DNA of 64,000 nt from Eledone cirrhosa (lineage: Eukaryota). Position 1 is the stretch's first letter. Each line of letters opens with the position of its first letter. The stretch spans positions 346,146,001 through 346,210,000 of the forward strand of contig OZ024741.1 in the NCBI GenBank assembly GCA_964016885.1, written 5' to 3'. The notes beneath the pieces were generated by a model. It searched no databases and was not told the DNA's origin. It saw nothing but the letters and a program-made list of their open reading frames with translations. Shown in pieces: positions 56,483-64,000 of this stretch. The translations under genes were made by a program, and so were the position numbers.

Positions 56483-56523
56483 AATATATAAATATATGTT
56501 TGTATATATATAGATGTCTATAT

Positions 56524-56644
<121 letters not shown>

Positions 56645-56661
56645 ATATATATATATATACA

Positions 56662-56698
<37 letters not shown>

Positions 56699-56720
56699 TA
56701 TACATTATATATATATATAT

Positions 56721-57807
<1,087 letters not shown>

Positions 57808-58321
57808 TATATAAATATATGAAAAAAAACATTATTTTTTAGTCACACCAGCGTTCGATCATGAAATTGAGTATTTAATTTAAAACTGCTATTAGCCGAC
57901 ATACAAGTTCATTTGGTTTAATTCTACTCACACTTTAATAGAAATGTACTTTTACAACTGCACTTCTGCATAGATAAATTACTTTTTATAAATTGTCTTG
58001 TTTCTTTTTTCACAATACATTGAGCTTTTTCCCTTATTTAATTAAAACCTCTACCTAACTGAATAGACAATTTATAAATGTCTTATTTGCACCAACAAAA
58101 TAAAATTAAGATATCGATAATGCAAGCAAAAAGAATAATTTTCTTTTTGAAACGAGTAAGAAGGCATCAGCGGTGACCCTTTGTTGATTCCTTTGAGGGT
58201 AAAGTGTAGACTATACACACTCTCTAACTACCACCGACAGACGAACAGACACACGGAGGCAGACTTTCCTTTGACTTTATTATTAGTTAAGTAAATAATA
58301 TATACCTCGGTTAAATTAAAG

Positions 58322-58529
58322 ATAAAACAAACGAGTATACACACACGTATATTTATATATATTGTAAATGGATTTATAAAGAAATAATTTGGAGATACCG
58401 GTCTCGAACCCGGGGTCTTTCACTAGGAAAAGGCCCCGGGTTCGAGACCCGGTATCTCCAAATTATTTCTTTATAAATCCAATTACAATATATATAAATA
58501 TACGGGTGTATATACTCGTTTGTTTTATT
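58322..58529. repeat. ~210-bp foldback with tRNA-like 3' halves at the apex
   Basis: Arms of ~100 bp. The inner part reads AGGCCCCGGGTTCGAGACCCGGTATCTCCA. Confidence 0.75.
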
Positions 58530-58886
58530 CTTTTGGAGTATGTTAGTTTTAAGATTCAAGATATTTGATTTATATATTCATATTTGAGTATATATATGTA
58601 TGATATATGCGTCGTACACGAACCTAGTCGACAAACTTTTTCCACTTAACTTGTTAAACTTCAATTATAACTTTACTAACAATGTTTTTATTATTTATTT
58701 ATTATATGTATATGGATCACTAATATCGTCTTGAGTTCCGAAGAGAATACTCTGACTGTCTTTGGACAAGTGTCAATATCTGGTTTATTAACAGGCTTCT
58801 AGCTACATTTATAAGTACTCTAGATACTTAAGGACATTCTAGTGTTATAATTGTTAAATATTTTCTAAATTATATAACGATTATTA

Positions 58887-58992
58887 CCCGCCGAGGTTGA
58901 CTTTGCCTTTCATCCTTACGGGGTCGATAAAATAAAGTACCAGTAATGAACTGGGTAATTGCTGGCCTTGTGCCTAAAGTAGAAACAATTAT
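58887..58992 (+). mobile_element. Truncated SINE copy
   Basis: CCCGCCGAGGTTGACTTTGCCTTTCATCC..GTAGAAACAATTATT. Confidence 0.8.
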
Positions 58993-59562
58993 TTTTTAAT
59001 TTAATTAAATTCGGGTTACCTTCGGGTCGATGAAAATCTTAAGTTTTCTCTTTCTCATGTTTGCAGACACTTTAAATATGATACTATACTATACAACTAT
59101 ATAGATCCTTATAAATGTTCTTGTATTTTAAATTATATAGCTTAAATATTTGGCACCTATATAATCACAAACAATTTATTTATTTTGAATCTGGTTCGTT
59201 TCCTTATGATTCATGAAATTTTTATAGTATATATATATGTATTACATGATCCTAAGATAAAATAATTGATCTATAACCTTAATTGTAACAATATTAACAG
59301 TAACTTATTTATTCTATTATATTATATTGTCTAACTGACTAATATCCTCTTGAACTTTGGACAATATACTCTTTGTATATATTTGGACAAATGCATATAT
59401 CTAATTTAATAGTAACGTTTTAAAGTTTAATTATAAGGCCTTTAGATGCTTTAGGGCATTCTAACTGTTATTTTTAAATTTTGTTATTTTTAAATTTTTA
59501 ATGTTATAACTGTTATTATTTTCTAAATTATATAGTGAGAATTATTTTAGTATGGGAAAATA

Positions 59563-59745
59563 TTTGTTTCTACTTTAGGCACAAGGCCAGCAAATTACCC
59601 AGTGCATTACTGGTACTTTATTTTATCGACCCCGTAAGGATGAAAGGCAAAGTCAACCTCGGTGTGATTTGAACTCAGATCGTAAAGGGACGTAACTATG
59701 CTGGAAAGCATGGCGTCCGACCCTCTACCCATACTGCCAATCCAC
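59563..59745 (-). mobile_element. SINE copy
   Basis: Nearly identical to 1515-1695. Confidence 0.85.
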
Positions 59746-60493
59746 ATAATATAAGATAATATAATTTAATATGATTTACATTCGTGTGGATGAAAATACT
59801 AAGTTTCTTTCCCATTTTTGAAAATTCTTTAAATATGATTTTATAAATTAAATATGTTAGTACATTTATGAACTTTTATAGCCTGTAATATTATACCTTT
59901 AGTTTAATCCATTATTCTGAACTAACATAAAGAATTTGAAATTTAACGGCCAGCCGGATAAGTTTTGATACATGTGGTGTATAAATAATTGTTAGTATAT
60001 TTCTTATTAATTGAGGACTCGAAATTAAACCCTCATATAATTACACCCAGATGCATTTAATATTTAGATAGATGGATACTTCTAGATAATTCAAAGATTC
60101 GAGTTTACTCTTTTACAAGACTATGCCCAAATGTTTATTTCATGTATTTATCTATGCTTTATACTATAAAAATGATTCCTCTTTGTCTCTCTATCCTTGA
60201 TCAATTCTCTTTTGCTTTCTATACTTCTAGTAACTATATTTTCCTCGTCTGTTTCTCTCTATCTTTCTTCTTTCTTTCTTCTTTCTTCAATAATTTAAAT
60301 TATTTGAATCTCTAACAGTTATGTAAATTGCTATTATGTACTTTTAAGCTTTCACACGCACCCTCTGTATTATATGTAAGTTTTTTCATGTCTCAATCTT
60401 AAGGTATATAAATATTGGGTCTTGTCATATCATATTCACTACCATGACTGAATCTTAACCATCTACTATGTCATTGTATATCATGCATCATCT

Positions 60494-60560
60494 TATTTTA
60501 TCTGATGAGGTCGTACTGTTGAACATAGCTCAGTACCTCTGAAATATGTATAATAAAATA
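60494..60560 (+). ncRNA. Type I HHR (H1)
   Basis: TATTTTAT-CTGATGA..GTACTG..CAGTAC..GAAA-TATGTA-TA-ATAAAATA; perfect 8-bp stem I. Confidence 0.75.
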
Positions 60561-60806
60561 TACTTGATCACACGAATGTCTATTTTTGTTAATATTTTGA
60601 ATTAATATTAATAACTCCGGAAAACCATCACTGTTGAGTGCTTCTAATCTATTGTAAAACTAATTCTTTGATTTATTCATTGAACCTTGTTTAACCTTTA
60701 AATATATATATATATATATATACGTTATTCCGGGTTGAATCGGAGGTAACCACAGTAAGTAAGGTACTCAATACATTGCAGAGTATAAAAGTTTTAATAT
60801 AGATGA

Positions 60807-60855
60807 GATTCTACAGGACTAGAACTGTTTCATTCTTTAGAAATCATCAGGAATC
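60807..60855 (-). ncRNA. Type I HHR (H9)
   Basis: Exact reverse complement of 61489-61537. Confidence 0.85.
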
Positions 60856-61488
60856 TGGGTATCAAAAAATAAGTATGGTATTTATAGGTCTCTTCAGTGA
60901 TAGGAGAGGGTAGGGAGTGGGATGGGTGTAGGTCATTGGTTGATAGAAAAGGGAATTCATTAAAAACTAATTCTTCAAAGCTATAGTTTATTTTTATTTT
61001 TAGAGTAACAAAGGCAGAAAGAATTCCATAAACAAGTTCAGGATGGGGTGCCACTCCTTATTTTTAAGTTTCTCTTAAGCTAACAGGTGTCTATAAGATC
61101 AGTGGGGGTCAGTCATGGTTGATGGATTTAAAGGAAAGGGAGATTCTTTAAAAGATAAATTCTTTAAGGTTCTACTAAGTGACAAAGGCAGTAGAACCTT
61201 AAAGAATTTAGCTTCCTTTAAATCCATCAACCATGACTGACCCCCACTGATCTTATAGACACCTGTTAGCTTAAGAGAAACTTAAAAATAAGGAGTGGCA
61301 CCGCATCCTGAACTTGTTTATAGAATTCTTTCTGCCTTTGTTACTCTAAAATTAAACTATAGCTTTGAAGAATTAGTTTTTAATGAATTCCCTTTTCTAT
61401 CAACCAATGACCTACACCCATCCCACTTCCTACCCTCTCCTACCACTTGAAGAGACCTATAAATACCATACTTATTTTTTGATACCCA

Positions 61489-61537
61489 GATTCCTGATGA
61501 TTTCTAAAGAATGAAACAGTTCTAGTCCTGTAGAATC
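61489..61537 (+). ncRNA. Type I HHR (H9)
   Basis: GATTC-CTGATGA-T-TTCT-AA-AGAA-T-GAAA-CAG-TTCTAGTC-CTG-TA-GAATC: all three stems present, GUA triplet. Confidence 0.88.
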
Positions 61538-61568
61538 TCATCTATATTAAAACTATATATATATATAA

Positions 61569-61638
<70 letters not shown>

Positions 61639-61931
61639 AGAATTAACTCGAATATGGAGTTTTCGTAGGAAAATGGAAAATTTCGGCGTAAGGAAGCTGT
61701 TAAAGCAGCAAAATGCCGCCGAAGGAGAGAAATGAGCGGCTTGGTGCGAGTTGACTGGAAGAAATATATATATATATATACGTATTTCTGGAGTGAAATT
61801 CATATTTACACACCGGTTCTGTCCGCTTTGTTTCAGCCACGCTGTATACAATACTCTTTATTGCATGATATCAATATTTCAAGTTTTATCTCTATGTACT
61901 TAGTATTATATTTATTTGTGCCAAAAGTAGA

Positions 61932-62044
<113 letters not shown>

Positions 62045-64000
62045 TAGATCTTTCTTTATTTGCCACAGGGGCGTACAAAATGGGACGTTAGAAGACGTGA
62101 CGGCGGAGGTTTTACATAAAAATAAGTTTAACATTAATAAATAACAATAAACTATATATAATAAAATAACAATTGAAATCCCCAGTAGGAGGGAACGTTA
62201 CTGCAGGGTTGTTTAACACCCGTGGATAGAACAACCCTCAACACCAGGAACACGTTTTGTAGGTGTTCCTGTCTTCCCTCTGTTTATCTTCCTCGACCTA
62301 CAGGTTTATATACAGAGAAGGCCCATTCACTCGGGCCATTTTCGCCACATTCACCCACCTTTCAGCGAATTTACTGGGGTGTAGCACCTCTCTCTCCAAT
62401 CTCAACTTCCTTCTGAAGTGATACTTAAAGAAGAAGTTGTTGTCCGGAGAGAAGGTGTTTGCCCTCAGTCCTTTTAGCCTCGTCCACCATATTACCTCTT
62501 TCGCCATAGCCACCAGACAGAGGAAACCCGCCTCTCCTTCGTGCTTAAATGAAGGCGGTGGGATGATCCTCACGTTGGACCCGGCTGACAACTGGATGCG
62601 TCCCACACGTTACACCTGCTGTTCGACATAATTCCACAGGTCGGTCACCCCTAGGCACTGAACAATTGCGTGCAGAACGGTTTCGATGTCCTGCTCGCAT
62701 CTTGGACAGGTTCTTTTGGCAGGATCTCTGCCAGGGCGTCCGTGCCTGTAGATTTTGTCCCGAACTGGCAGAGCTCCTCGGTAGCACTGCCAGTCCTCTG
62801 GAAGTTATCCATAGGCCCTGGACGGAAAGTCCTCCCGAACAGACTGGTCAGTTCGTCCTCCTCGATGCCTAGAGTTTCCCCGAGAACGTCGTCGCACTTA
62901 TCCTCCACTAATCCCCTATAGAATGTCGAAGTGGAGTCTCCGCTGATTGCCGTTTCCGCTTGGTAGAGGGCTGTGAGCGCTTGTAGGCACTCGAGGTGCC
63001 AGGCACCCATTTTCGGTCTTCGCTTGACCCAGGACTGCAGCTCTGTTAGTGAGACGAGTTATAGAAGAGCTTGTCTCACAAACCACAGCCACACCGGTTC
63101 ACCGGTCAGGAATACCTGGAGATGGCGTAGCCTCAGCGCTTGTTTGCGCATCATCAGCCACAGTATGCCCAGCCCTCCATTAGAAGAGTGTTGACAGCAG
63201 ATGGATCTCCTCACCAATGGAGCCTGTTTCTTCCAGAGGAACTTGAAGAGTAGGCGTTCCATTTTGGTAAGGTATTCGCGGGTCAAGGCACGACTGTCAA
63301 GCGGTAGTAGATGACGGACGCTATGTAAGTGTTCGCCACCTCCACTCGACCTTTCAAGGAGAGTTTGCACTCAGCCCACTTCTGGGTGAGTGCAAACACC
63401 TTCGCCGTGACCTCGTTCCAGTTCTTGTCCACGTGGAGGTCTGGACCGAACTAGACCCCGAGCAATTTCACCGGTCCTTCCGTCCAGCGTCCAACGACAC
63501 TGTCGGAAGGCATTGGTTTGCCTCTCCATGTGCCGAGTTGCAAACCGACAGACTTGTTTGGGTTTAGTCTTGCTTCTGTCAACGTTTCGTATGCCTGTAA
63601 TAGTTTGCCGATTACCCTGATTTCCGAGGTTTTCGACACCATTACGCTTATGTCGTCGGCATAGGCTGCCGCTGATTTCCGCAGTCCCGGTTCGATCGGG
63701 ATGCCCTGCAACAGCTCCAATTTCCGTAGTAACGGCTCGAGAGTCAGTACCTATAAAATGGAGGAGAGAGGGAATCCCTGACGGATGGAACGCATGATTT
63801 GAAATGGCTCTGATCGGTAGCCTTTCACCTTGACTGCCGAGCAGATGCTGGTGTGCATGGCAGCGATCCAGCCTCTGCAGACGGGACCGAAGTCGGCCGC
63901 CTTGAGAACTGCTTCCAAGTATTGATGGTCGACCCTATCAAATGCCTTAGACTGATCTAAATTGATCAGAGCCCCACCAAAGCCTGGTTTACACCCTACC
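62045..64000 (-). mobile_element. Tx1/L1-like LINE ORF2 pseudogene (RT through 3' UTR); continues past the window
   Basis: LINLDQSKAFDRVDH, SVRQGFPLSP, AAYADDISV, VKLLGV, GGLGI. The 3' part is near-identical to 45886-46855. Many stops and frameshifts. Confidence 0.88.

Larger units (their letters stand above)
58530..60702 (+). mobile_element. Second H1-family element (AT-rich, internally repeated), interrupted by two SINEs
   Basis: ~60340-60610 matches 10855-11123. ~60480-60702 matches the reverse complement of 9473-9690. The 5' boundary is uncertain. Confidence 0.6.
60722..61555. mobile_element. Non-coding foldback element (family H9) with an HHR on each arm
   Basis: ~60790-61135 is the reverse complement of ~61213-61554. 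A nested small inverted repeat sits at the apex. (TA)n flanks. Confidence 0.85.

Overview
AT-rich, microsatellite-saturated eukaryotic DNA with no recognisable host gene. The tRNA-derived SINE families suggest a cephalopod, probably Octopus (inference). Most long ORFs in the track are microsatellite translations. The real coding content is retroelement-derived: three Tx1/L1-like LINE 3' fragments, a disrupted RTE LINE, and at least four Penelope-like element (PLE) families (RT plus C-terminal GIY-YIG), one with a near-intact 741-aa ORF. Reading both strands by eye gave about 27 type I hammerhead ribozyme (HHR) motifs in about 9 sequence families. They sit in PLE pseudo-LTRs and in ORF-less tandem or foldback units that resemble non-LTR retrozymes. 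Almost all of these elements are inserted in (TA)n tracts and carry an inverted 5' segment. Several HHRs are non-canonical: a CAGAAGA core, a mismatched first pair of stem II, or a very long stem II. Coordinates were counted by hand and may be off by a few bases. No folding or database search was run.
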